Source of the DNA: Pocillopora damicornis
Taxonomy: Eukaryota
NCBI RefSeq assembly: GCF_003704095.1
Contig: NW_020844017.1
Span: 1-64,000, forward strand
Direction of reading: 5' to 3'
DNA: 64,000 nt
Every line of letters starts with the position of its first letter. Position 1 is the stretch's first letter. This document shows, one piece after another, positions 11,009-23,770 of this stretch. The position numbers were made by a program, and so were the translations under genes. The notes beneath the pieces are model-generated. The model was not told the DNA's origin, ran no database searches, and worked only from the letters and a program-made list of their open reading frames with translations.

Positions 11009-14000
11009 CTTGAACTCATTTTTTCATGGCTTGAACAACATTTTGGGAGGAAGGAGGTCTTTATAAAGTTAGTGTTCGAGCCATTCATCATACCCAGGGG
11101 GTTGAGTTGATGTCTGTGGAAGCAATTAAAGCATCGCCATCAACTAGTGTCCGTTCACCTTGCGGCGGCTCTTTCACTGTAGACATTAGTTGGCTAAAAG
11201 TAAAGTGATAACCATAACAAAAGGAACCGCAAAGGAAACGTTATCACGAATCAAAATAACTCATTTTAAAGCCACACCCGTTTAAAAGTTGTAAAGTTGT
11301 TGAATCTTTTAAAATGGCCATTTTTCTTTTCCGAGGTTTTTTTACATAAATTTCTTTGTGCAGCCATACGACCTGCTTTCACTTACCAAAACTGAATAAT
11401 GCAAACTACTGGTCGAAGTGCAAAGATCTGACAAAAAATAATAAGAAAAAAAGAAACGGTTAGAAGTGGGCGAACAAGCGATTAGAGAACTGACAACACA
11501 CTGCTACCAAGTAACTATAATATTTTTCAGTCTTCTTGTTACACGAGCCTAAATTACACATAAATTTAATGCACTCTTACATTCTATCATCATCAATCAT
11601 TTCACGAAACAGCGACGAACCACCAGCTTTGTTTGGTGAAATACTTTCCCTGAAGTCCAGTTTAAATTTTAAAGATTCTCGGAATGGATTTGTTCCAAAA
11701 AAAAGCCAGGCGACAATTCAATCAGATAATTTCGTCTGTACTCGAGTAATCATCTCAACCAGTTGAAAGTTCTGATGAAGTTTAACTATTCAATTATATT
11801 TTTATGCTTTGAGTATATTCGTTACTTCTTAAGAAAAAAAAAACAGATAGCTGAAGGCATTGGGGTGTTAACCGAAAAAAAGAAGAACAACCTAGCAATT
11901 ACTTTGGGTCGTTCACCGGAATACTTTTAAACCAGTAGAATTTTTTAATTGTTCTTTCATCAGTGGTGTCTATAAAAGGATAAGTTACGCCAAAGATATC
12001 GTTTCAAAAGGATCCAAAGTATTAATCAAAAGGAATAAACCTCAAACGAATCAGGCAAGATCAACTAAATTTGTTACACTCGTGAATATCGTAAAAAATA
12101 TTCCTTGTCAAGATTGCGTGTCGGTTTTGGGTGTAATTAACCTCTAATTTTACGCAGAGCGAAAAATGAGGTTAAAAATAGGATCACAATTATTTGAAAA
12201 AACAGATACTTTACGATGTACTTAGCAAGCGTGAGAAAATATCCGGCACTATCTAGGATGCCGCTTACAAACGACTGAATTCGGCTTCTTGTTGTTGCAA
12301 TAAATTGGAAAGTGCAACTGTTTAAGAGATCTTAAGAGGTGAGTCGTTCGAAATTTCAAGTCATACCCTAGTTTGAATCTTAAATAGTCTGTATGTAAAA
12401 TCTATAATTTTTAAACATCTGCTCACCATCTAAACACAAATAGAAGATAAGGTGGATGAAAATTTAAAGAGGATCTATCTAAAAATTTCAAACAGGGCGT
12501 AGGGACGAAAAGTGGTGCAGAATTCGAAAAAAAATCAATTTGATTAAAAAAAGTGATGCAATAACTGAAATAGAGAAAAGTTCGATAGATACGACAAGTT
12601 TTCCTCTTGGAAAGTTCCTTTGTTTAAAGTCGTGTATGCCAGATTCTTAGAACTAAATTTGCACTAGAACAAGCTCAAAAGGCGAAGCGCAAAGACCTGA
12701 CTTGGACAGTGAAGAAGGTCATCCAGGAAATTGTAAATGATAAGTAAATAGCGAACTACATTTGTTGACAACAGGATTTAACGAGGAAGACTTGTCAGCA
12801 ACTTAAAGAAAATGTTCGTTTAGGGAATAGGGACAATATTTTGTGTCATGCATGAGATGGTTCTCGTGATTTACCTATGCTATACCATTGTTTACTAAGA
12901 ACATTTCACTTACCACATACCACTTTTCTCGCGGGCTCGCTTTTTGTTTATCTGAAATGCTTGCGACTTTATACGCTTTTGTATCACTTAAATCGTTTCC
13001 GTGCTCAATAAACTTTGTACTGTCGCATATGCCTTTCTTTTCAATAAAGTTTATCGAACGATGCGGACAAAAGGGAAATTTCATCCGGTACACCATCAGA
13101 CCTACCGATCGGAGTTCCCGTCAACTGATTACCACAGCAGCTAGCTGAGAAGGGTTCTTTTGACCCTACATTTTAACGATAATTTTGTAAAGATACTTTT
13201 AAAATGTCTATGTTGAAATACTCAAAATGATTCTTTCTGTGATTATACGTCCAGGAGAAATGATAGCTAGCATGCTTAAGTTTGACTACCACAGATTCTG
13301 ACGATTTGACGGACAGACATGACAGAATATTCCGTTCTTGTTGTAAATGCAATGTGAAGTCATCGAATGGTTCATGTTTCACAGAAAAAGTTTCTGAGTC
13401 ATGTCTTGTGTATAGATTTAAAATGAGGGAAATGTTCGGTTGCCGGTGTCACGTTACAATCGCACTTCGTTCAGGTTGGAAAAACACTTTCTGTCAAAAA
13501 CTTAAACCAATAACGTTTATTTGCCGTAGTATATATTGTACTGTATAATTTCAATAGCTCGATCTTCCTACCTGTTTAGACGATATGTTTAACAAGTCAG
13601 TGGCAAAATCAAATCCTTCTGCACATCATTGGTTATTTCAGGACTATAAGATTTTTTCTTGCTCACATTTTTAACTGGCTATTTCACATGGAAGAAAAAA
13701 GCCGAAAGTTTTCATGAATGTCCACAGTGTTAAGAATAAAGCTGTTGCTCTCGTGAAATTTTCAGTCTTGGATATTTCTTTTCTTTTTCATTTTTCTCCC
13801 CTAACATTCAACTCGAAAATGTATATAAACTTGACCATAATGTACATATTTGCTAGTGGTTTGCCTTTTCGGGGATAGCGAGGACGTAGTATGTAGTGCT
13901 GCCAGTTTAGTTTGCTCCAACCAATTTGCTCAGTGTATGTACTGTTGAAGTTTACAACGATCGAGCCTCGTAAAACAAACAAGTAGACTAATATGAGAAA

Positions 14001-16269
14001 AGTTTTCTTGAAACAAAAAATCATTTTTCGCAGCAATCAATGCGTATATGTGACATATAAGTTTCATAATCCAAGGAATTCCTTAGGAAGCTTATGTATT
14101 GTCAACTCATCAAAGGAAACTAAAGGTAGAAGAACTTGTTTTGAATCTATGACATATCATCTTCTACTGGGTTTTAAACCTATCAGATCCCTTTTGCGAC
14201 TCAAAATCATAGTATTGCGCCGTGAAGTCAAATCAGATTGCAGAATATCTCGAATGAGAGCAAATTTTACTTTTAAAAGAATAATAAAAAATAATATCAA
14301 TCAACGACGTACGATGCAAATCACCTTTCAGTTTTCGGGTGCGTCAACAACGTGTGAGGGAAATTAGGAACCGGTAAATAAACTTTCTGTCGGTTCTTTT
14401 GACCAGAGGAACACCTTGCTGGGATTTCCTATTTTGGTTTTATTTGAACAGTATCAAAGAAAACGGGGCTGAAAACATATAAATATATAGAAAAAAAACT
14501 TCCTTCAAATGTATGGTGTACCGCCTCTCTTTAAGTCCATTTTAAAATGAGCAGCACAGAGCAGATGAGCTCAATGTTAATTTTATGTCATTTTAATTCA
14601 AATGGAATGAAAAATTCAAGACAAATTGACACAAATGGCAGCCCAAACAGCCCTCATAACCCAAACAATTTTGTTTATTTTACAGAACAAATGCAACGAT
14701 TGGTGTTTGTACCAAACAGATGTCATCTTCATATATTTACAACTTTCAAGACCGAAGACTGCAAGTTCGTAACTCATCTATTTATCTATTTTTATTAGGA
14801 ATGGCAACTGGATAGGCCGTCCATGAATACTAGAATGGCCTCCAAAAAATATCTTTATTCTTGTAAGATTTAGCTATGCAAATACGATCGCAAATAAATC
14901 TGCACATAATCCGAAAGCGTCACTGCAAAAAATGCTTCGGTACAGATTTAGAACAGTAACACATGACATCTCTGGTGTATGTCTTCCATGGTATTATCCT
15001 TAAATTTCGGAAAGCTTTTTTCTTAGTGTGTTCCTAATCAGAACAAGTGTTAGGATTGGTTTCTCTGATAGCTGCGGCGAAGAAATAAAAAAACACGAAA
15101 TTGCCTATAAGTTCTGACCTTTCTGTGTATATTGTGTATGGCTGTCGACTGAAACAAAACAAAATGATCAAGATTGACTGCGACAAACAGCATTTTGGCA
15201 AGAGTAAAAGATGAGATTTTTTCGTTGTTTGCCAATTGTCTTTAGCCTGAAATCCATCGGTCACCAGTCGTTTTATAATTCTTTCTATTTCCCCCGCGCA
15301 GAGTTTTGATTATTGGAAAATATACTTCTTCAAAGAAATTCCCTTCATTCTTTTTGATACGAAATTAACTACTTTGAATTTTCAACGCGTTTAAACATGG
15401 CCGTTAGTCGTTCCGCTTTAAAAGACTCTCATATCACCCATGTTCATAGCTGCAGTGTGCCTGTGAATGGCAAAGGTTTTTCATGCTCAATAGAAAACCT
15501 CAATAAAAGTTTCTGGTGCATTCGGTCACCAAAAAAACGTATTTGTTTCTCATCGACAGTGACCAATCCCCGACTTGTTCTCAACCTTAATTTGGTTACG
15601 TAAATCGTGGGTTCAAAATCTACATGAGCCAAACAATATCCTTTGTTGTATGTTTTGCAAAATATCGAACGAGAAGACGAAAAGATGATCTTTCATTACA
15701 ATTTGAATTCATCCATACGCTTTCGCCTGCCTTTTTAACATAAACAAAAAGCCAGTTTTCCTCAATATTTCTACATATATCTCAAATATATCACTAATTG
15801 AAGGAACCTTACTCCGACGACTCGAAACCAACACTGGCTATTTTTAAGTTTCTATTTTCAAACAGTCATCTACAAAGACATTTCTGCCCATTTTCCATCC
15901 CTTATCGTATAAGACAAACAGGTCATTAATGTAAATGGACGTGGGTTTGGATCTAAGTTGCGTCTGCCGTGTTTTCGAAGATGACCATAAATCTTCTTTA
16001 GCTGAATTCAGAACATTTATCGCCTTTCGATATAAATGTGGTGCATTCAGCTCAAGTAATGAAAGCGAGCGAACGCAATCATTCTAGAAGTATACTGAGC
16101 AATGTCACTTTCTAATTGAGAAAATCAGCTTATTCTCCTGATCCATTTAACTTTGGCAAGAGTGCATCCTTTGCGTTATAAATCATATTAAAAATGTCAT
16201 TAGTTCGATCGATAAAACAATCGGAGATGAAGGAGTTAATTGATATTTTCTTTGAGTCCATCTCAAAAG

Positions 16270-17367
16270 CTAAACAGTTGTAATTTCTGGTCCACGACTG
16301 GAAACCTTTCGAATCGAGTTGGACCCTTGTCGCAAGCCGTTAGAAATGAAGGTTTCGTCGACTGTAGTCGACGGTAGTGGCCTTAACATGCGCTCGTTTG
16401 CGCTGCGCTCTCTGGAACGTTTAAGGCATAGAATCTTTGAGGTACAAAAAAAATTTTTAAAGGCCAAACGAAAATCCCTGTTCATTCCAGTATAGATCCA
16501 AGGGTTTGCGCATGAAAGCACGTAGGGAAGAAAGACGATGACACCTTGAACTGCAAGTGGAATTTCCTCAGTCGTGAACGCTTCAATGAGAGTTACCACA
16601 AGGAATGGACTCCAGCAAATTATAAACAGACTCACTATGACTGCAAGCATTTTGGTGATTTTTAGTTCTCTGAAGAAGCGTTTTCGTCGTTCAAACGACT
16701 GCCTCCTGTCTTGATCGTAAGACGTTGAGCTAAGTCGTGTGGAGTGCATCTTAGAAATCTGGTGGATGGCTGCCCTGCAGATCGAGATATACGCAAACGA
16801 CATCGTGATTAAGGGAATACAAAATAGCGTCACGAATAGAAATATAACATAGCCTTCGATAACCGTGTAGGACTCATGAAATTGCAGAAAGGAGACTCCT
16901 GCAATGGCCACTGCGAATCCCCAAACCACGGCAATGGAGCGCTTAGCACGAAGCGGTGTCACCATGGTTCTGTAGCGTAGCGGCTTGCTAATGGCACAAT
17001 AACGGTCAATGGAAACTAACGTGGCGTTCACAATGGATGCTGTACAACAGAATGGATCGATCCATTGGGTGCACAAAGCCATCACATAATTATCTTGTTC
17101 CCTTTCAACGTGAACAAGTGATCTTACAAGCCATACCGGCATCGCCAAAAGAGCAACGGCCACATCTGCGGCGGCAAGGGCCACTATGAAGTAATTTGTC
17201 ACCGTCCTCAACTCACGGAATGTGTAAACAGCCATGAATACGAAGCCATTACCAACGACTGTTGCAAGGATAAGCAACAACACGAACACCAGAAATACAA
17301 TCTTTCCGTCAAACTCTGCATCAGCGTCGAGGATATCGTTAGATACGTTGCTGAGATTTCCTTGCAT
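16270..17367 (-). CDS. Class A (rhodopsin-family) GPCR, biogenic-amine-receptor-like, intronless CDS, 365 aa
   Basis: Seven TMs with GN (TM1), LAAAD (TM2), IDPFCCTASI and DRY (TM3), W4.50, FCIPL..Y (TM5), CWSPF (TM6), NPWIY (TM7) and NRDFR helix 8. N-glycosylation sequons NLS and NVS at the N-terminus. Confidence 0.95.
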   Translation of the reverse strand: MQGNLSNVSNDILDADAEFDGKIVFLVFVLLLILATVVGNGFVFMAVYTFRELRTVTNYFIVALAAADVAVALLAMPVWLVRSLVHVEREQDNYVMALCTQWIDPFCCTASIVNATLVSIDRYCAISKPLRYRTMVTPLRAKRSIAVVWGFAVAIAGVSFLQFHESYTVIEGYVIFLFVTLFCIPLITMSFAYISICRAAIHQISKMHSTRLSSTSYDQDRRQSFERRKRFFRELKITKMLAVIVSLFIICWSPFLVVTLIEAFTTEEIPLAVQGVIVFLPYVLSCANPWIYTGMNRDFRLAFKNFFCTSKILCLKRSRERSANERMLRPLPSTTVDETFISNGLRQGSNSIRKVSSRGPEITTV

Positions 17368-19955
17368 CGTTCATGTGACTTCCGACGTTTTTTAAAGGTC
17401 TTGTTGCACTGAAGCAAGAAAAATTTGTCTGTTCATGTAACGTTCCCCACGGATATCAAGTATATAGAGTCCTCGATAGGTAGTTTCTCTGGTCCATCCA
17501 AACTAGCTGTTTTCGCGCTGGTTGAATGTTACTCAACGAGTTGAAAAAAGACACTTTCCTCAAATGAAGATTACGATACCAGAGCGAGAAGCAGAGTGAA
17601 GAAATGTTTCTGTTAGACACGCTTCTATGGTTATAAGACTTTTCCCGTTGTTCTCAGCCAAAGACCTGAAAGTTTACAATAGCGTGATAATGAATTTCTT
17701 CGATCTCTTGAAACTGTTTCACCCTTCTCATGCACAAAAAATGATTTGAAGGCCCTCTGAGTAGAGATTGTATTACTCTGCCCACAGCCTCAGATTTGTG
17801 AAGGTCAAAAAGCTTACCTGCAATTTATATGTTATTGCACAAAAAAAATCACCGCGCACATTTCCGATAGCATAAATATTTCATTGAATTTTCACGTTTA
17901 TAAAATTTGCATAAAAGATGAAGTTTGTGCTGAGGCTTTTGAAAATTACTTCCTTAAAAACAATATCAAATCTCCAAGCGCTTGCCTTTGCTACGTAAAC
18001 ACGAAAAAACCGCCCAGTCGTTTATCATGCAGAAGAAAAATAAAGAGCGAAAGGATTTTCATGATCAACAAATGACAAGAAAGCGTTCCTAAGGATTTAT
18101 TTTGAAACTTCAGCTAAATTTGTGCTTTATTATATTAGCGTTAAAGGCATTATAAGTTGTAAGCTTCAGGCGAAAGTGTTTCAATTTTCTTTTCTAATAT
18201 TATCAAGATCCTATTATCTGTGTTGTTATTAAAACTGCGAAACATGAATTGCACCTGCAATCAAAAGGGCATTTCAACCAGGGATTTTCTCAGAAAATCG
18301 TGTCACGCGAAACTACCTAAATATCCAATATCCGCCGTGTTTCCTTCTTTTGTTGTTGGAGAATACAATCTCAGGAGTCCACAGCGAATTTTATTACTTC
18401 TCTTTATTGGAATTAAATCATAAAATGACACAAAAACAATTCTTCCTGGAGGTTGATAACAGACCACACAAACTATCCATGTAATAACATTGTAATTTAC
18501 AACACAAAGCGAAGCGTTCAAGCAATTTTCAACAGCAACGAATTCGAAGCTCAATTAACCGCGTGCGGTTAACCTGACTTACAAACATAGCGAAATTTTC
18601 CAAATAAGCAGTAATGGAACGAAGAAATGGTCAATTTGATCCAATAAAGGCAATCATAGATGTCAAAATCCCATAAAAATTGAATTGTGTTGTTTTTACA
18701 CAGATTTTATACTCTTCACTTCTACCGCAAAATTCTGTGACAAAATTATTTGCACGTATTGAAAGTGTTTACAATGGGCAATCACGAAGAGTACTCCACT
18801 TGAAACTCTATCAGGACTACACAAGAGTTGAGAACAACTATTTAAGTAGAACGAGCTGCTAAGCCATAATTTCATTGAAAATGTTACAAAGAAACTGATG
18901 CTCTCAAAAACAATTCCTTGTCAATGATCGATTTTTCCACAGGGGTCGTCAACGCAAAGAGAGGAATTTTATTACTCTTAGTGCATTTTAATAATGATCC
19001 CTTCATGATCCATGATGATAATGATTCTTTTTTTTGTGCAAGAAAAGATGCTCCGGAAAGATGGAACCTCTCTGGCTGCATAACACTTTCAATCTTTTTA
19101 AAGTGGATCTGTCAGTTAGAAATTGAGAAAGGGTAGAGATGTCGGCCGATTGTGACTCAACTCAGACATTTATCTTCATTGCTATGCATTCAAGCGCGGC
19201 CGGATCAAAAAATACAAAATCTGCACCATTGATTGCCAGAAAGTACCTTCTTTTATGAAATAGGCTATGAGACATTTCTACCCAGATAGGTTTTATTAAG
19301 ATGGCATCCTGTATAAAGTTCTTCAAATGGTATTGTGATCTGCCATTTTTCCTTAGTTTTAGTTATTGCACAGCAGGTTTATAACAAAAAGTATAATAAG
19401 GAAGATTTTTTAAAAGATCAGAAGAGCTTTGTCTTTGTAGCTGTAATTTTATAGAACAGACAGAAATATGAGAGTACATTTGCATAAGGTTGTTCAAACT
19501 ACAGGCACAAACGCTGTTTGTCGAAGGGTAACGGCACCCAAGAGATTTTAATCTCTAGCGGCACCTGAATGGATAAAATTCAAAGAGCTCTTCCGCAAAG
19601 GTGAAAGCCTTTCCTTCCACGTTCAAAAAAGCCGATCAAGTTTTATCGTGAAAAGGGCAGCGCTCCTAAAAAGCTGAATTAATAAAGTTTCGTAATAGAG
19701 TAACACTTTTACTATTTAAGCTGGTTGTCATCTCTCGCAAAAGCGCTCGTTATATCAATTACAAAATGCAAAAATATTCCGCTATACACTTTAAGTTGGA
19801 ATTCATTAAGTGTATAATACCAACATTTAGCTGTAAACTAATGATTATTATAATAGCAATGCGCTTTCAGTTAGCAACCAATTGGTAGAAAGAAATCCTG
19901 AAGAAATTCAGAAGCGAGTTTTACGCCGGAATTACAGTTATCAGATACATAAAAA

Positions 19956-20420
19956 AAGCCACCCTTTGCAGCGAAAATATGCACGGATATTTGTTCACGG
20001 ACGTTTTCTGTTTAGAGATGCGAACGGCAGGTTTTCCGAGAGCGAACCTCGAGGAAAATTGCGAGCTTCAAAGAACGGATAATGTCCAAGGATAAATACA
20101 AGATGATATTTTTGCGCCAAATGGAGGCTAGTGTGTTTGTTATCCCTCAAATATTTTTGTAACGAGCGGGAAAATGTTACTAATAGCCTATTCTTTGCTG
20201 CGTGGGAGACCTTTCAGTGTCCTTTGGTACGACTTTATGAACAAACAAACATATTCCTTCATCTGTGACAATAGCTAGACGTTATTTCATCTTGAGTTAA
20301 ATTTTAAACGAACGCTTCTTTCTTGATAGACTCCCCATTTTTAGCTTGGGTATTTTCGATCATGTGATGCGTTTCGACCAATTGCAGGCAAGCGAAAACA
20401 TTTGATGGTTTGTAATTCCA
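19956..20420. repeat. Interspersed repeat with a long inverted-repeat head
   Basis: AGCCACCCTTTGCAGCGAAAATAT...GGAC / GTCC...ATATTTTTGCGCCAAATGGAGGCT form imperfect inverted arms spanning 19956-20130. No coding potential. Confidence 0.6.
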
Positions 20421-23400
20421 GTTATCATCATTGTAAGCAGATTGTACTTTTACCAAAATCATAGATGCCGTGCTTTTACCATCCATGCTGTGCGTAAATT
20501 CTCGCCAACCAAATTGAAAATAAATACGGCGCAGTTCAAAACCTATTTTCTCGGTTCGATTTATGTTATTGAGAACCCTCGTTTACACAATTTTGAATAG
20601 AATTCGTTGGACAGAGATGTGGTGTGTGTTCGTTTGGGATGACCCACATGTCTGGATGAAGGGTGCTGGATATCTCTTGCAGTCAAGAGGTGTATCAAAG
20701 GTGCCAGTCAATATACTCAGAACAAACGTTATAATGTGTACCCTGATGGTGGCCTAATGTCGGAAACGTTTGCTTTTTACTTTTTAAATGACATTTTAAA
20801 AGCTTAGCGAACTTATTAGTATTGGACAAACGTTTTGACGCTTATACACCGAGATGCAAATGATCTTCGTTTGCGTTTTCGACTCCACTCAGTGGTTTTT
20901 AATGAAAGGAGCTCACCTTGTTTTTTAAGAATTTCTGTCAGATTTGATGATTCTTTAAAATCAAGTGAAAGAAATTTCGTTTGAAATGGATTTCCTTTTG
21001 ACGGTCATTGGGAACAATTCTCCAGAAACTATGATGCATTTTACAGTTTGTTAGGACAAATGAAAATAATTGGATTTTTTTTCCCTTGGTAAGGGTCAAT
21101 CTTTGCGTCGATAGCCAAAATCTGTCCACTGAATTTTGACTTCAAAGTTCATGTATCAAATGAAAACTTGGGAAAAATAAAGCAGAGACTCGAGAGAAGT
21201 AAAATGATACCGTAGCCTTTACCTTGTACATATTTTCTGGGCATTCTCCATAATTCTTGGTCTACGATCGCCTTTAAGTTTTTTATTATTTCCGGCTCAA
21301 AGCTAATTTACCGGTAACTTATGTTGACCTCACTGGGTACCCACAGTGGTCAACAAGGGCCACTCTTTTCGTGACATATCATTCGGGAGGTATGAATTTA
21401 GAAAGACATAAACAACGAGAACATATCTTGAGGCCTTTAAAAGAAAACTTTAGTCATGATTGCCAGAGTTGTTCGAGTTCTGATCAACTTACTTATAAAC
21501 GAACCCGGCTGACATGTTCATGTACTTGTTGCCACCTTATTCAGACCCTGAGATAGTACTTGGGGAAGTTAAAATTGTGTAATTTATTACTCCGGCATAA
21601 CTGAGTGCATGGAGGTACGTGTGGACAGAAAAATTGTAACTTCCTTCTAAGTCGACTCATAACTGATTGTGTGGCGACAAAGATAAAAGAAGTCTATGGC
21701 CTTTGTCTCTCAAGAAATCGAAGAGTTTAAGAGATTATATTTAAGTCTTTTGCACCAGATTCTCCCACAATGAAACACGCTTCCGTTCGTAGATGGCGGA
21801 AATCTTCATCGTATAAAAGCAGCGGGCCGATTTCAATACAAAAAACGTGTGCATTCCGAAAAGGGCGCCAGATGTGCTGCCTCTATCAATTACCGACCTG
21901 ACAAATCAAGATAAGGAACAATGAAAAAGCATGTTTTCGTTGGATCTAAATCTTACATTAACTAGTCCTGTTGTAAGATGAAGCTCCAAAATTGTAGTTA
22001 ATATTTTCATACAAAGGAAGACGGATGCAAATTTCAGATCAAATGATAACAATTACCAAGTCTTTCAAGACAACCACGTTAAAGTAAAGGCGGATCTTAA
22101 GTCTAGTTGTCTTATCTCAGATAAGGACATGTTTTCTTCATCCGTATACCTTACTTAGTCACTTAGCTTTTGAGTGCTCCACGATTGTGAGGCAATTAAT
22201 GTCAGCGTTTATCATTCCAGTTTAGTGGTATTAACTTCCGCTGGATCTCAAATCAAAGTGCAATTAACAAGTGTTTTAAAATACTCATTTCCAATTATCA
22301 CCTACTTGATGGCATCCCGAAAAGAAATTCAAACAGGAAATTGAGTCATTCGCAAACCTGATAAATATAGATACGAAGAAACGAGAAAAAGGTATGTTTT
22401 GCATTTGTGCAAAAATAACAAAAATGACCCTATAAAAGACATAAAAAAGATGCCTCAAATGATTCAAGCCCTACAAGCACGAATCGAGAACTTTTTACTT
22501 CAATTACGTAATTGGATGGCGAATGAATAAATATTTCTTTAACGGAAACGAAATTTCATATAGAAGTGATAAAAACAGCCATTTGCACAACTGGATTATC
22601 TGCTTACTGGTTATCGTGGAGTTTTCGATCTCAGGAGGCTGTCCATAGAAACATTACAATCACGAGTAGCTTTAGATGTTATTTACCAGCATATTACGGC
22701 AAATTTTACGAAGTGAAGTTAAAAGCCTATCACGTAAGGTTTACACCATTTGACATGTAACCGAACATATCTCTGCCAAACTGAACCTAGATTTTCTCAA
22801 TTTTTTCATTTCTAAATTGGTTAGGAATAGCGCCATGGATAAATTAATCCCAACTAAATGTAAGGAGTACCTTCTACGTGAGTTATGGGTATATTTATCA
22901 ACTCGATCCTTCCAGGCTAATGTCCGTGCAGAGTTACTTACACACACGTTCCATACCTTCGTCTGACGACAGCTCGAGCAGACTGAGAGTCTTTAGGATG
23001 CGGTTATTGTAACGAAAAGTGGTTAAATTACGAAAAGACCACCATAACCACCAATCTATCATCAAGTATAATCGCGAACGATAGAAAAAATATGTTGAAA
23101 GGTTAAAAGGGAAATCCCTAGGCCAATGATGTGACATTATTTAGAAAGCGACATAAAATATTTCTTCTTTCCAATCAATGATAGCAGATGTCACGGTATG
23201 TCCTCTGATTAAGATATGCTTCAGTTAGTATGATATTTGCTGTAGATTATGCTAATAATGTGCCCGTTAATTTTAATTCTAACGAGTATAAATCTTGGTT
23301 ATCTTTTCTTTTTTTTCTGATTATATCTAAAACGTGACAGTGGCCAACTCGAAAGCCTCGGCTCTTTTAATCACTGTGTACATCCTCTCTAGATTTTCCA

Positions 23401-23549
23401 TCTATTGATATTAAAATAATATTTAAATAATACTTAAATAGTACATTACTATGATTATTTTTTTTGTCTGTGTAAGATAAATTCAGTTGAAGTTGAGTGC
23501 CTGAGCAAAGTGTTACAACGCCTTTTCGGTCAGATTAAGAGATAGCTTA

Positions 23550-23770
23550 GAGACCATTCATTATTTATTGCTTGCAAGGGGAGGGGGGGCCGGGGGGGGA
23601 CAAGAATAAGGATCACATGATTTTCAGGGGGCACGGAGGGGGGAATAAGTCGTTGCAGAGAATAAAGGGGGAGGACAAGAAAACTGACTTCCAATTACAG
23701 TCGAACCTGTATTAAGCGGTCGAAGGTCAAAGTCCCGAAATTTTTCCCCTTAAGTACTGTAATTTTCACC
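23550..23770. repeat. G-rich repeat fragment abutting a TA-CAGTCGAACC (Tc1/mariner-pogo-like) MITE end
   Basis: Several G tracts at 23578-23675, then TACAGTCGAACCTGTATTAAGCGGTC at 23696. No convincing opposite TIR found. Confidence 0.45.

Noticed and set aside
10500-16200. Short ORFs (60-124 aa) between CAML and the GPCR
   Set aside because: No domain motifs, composition typical of translated AT-rich non-coding DNA, and no consistent splice chain.
20714-20772. Type III hammerhead ribozyme (CAAACGTT..CTGATGG..GAAACGTTTG)
   Set aside because: Stem III pairs, but the core has CTGATGG instead of CTGANGA, stem I does not form and stem II is weak. At most a decayed remnant.
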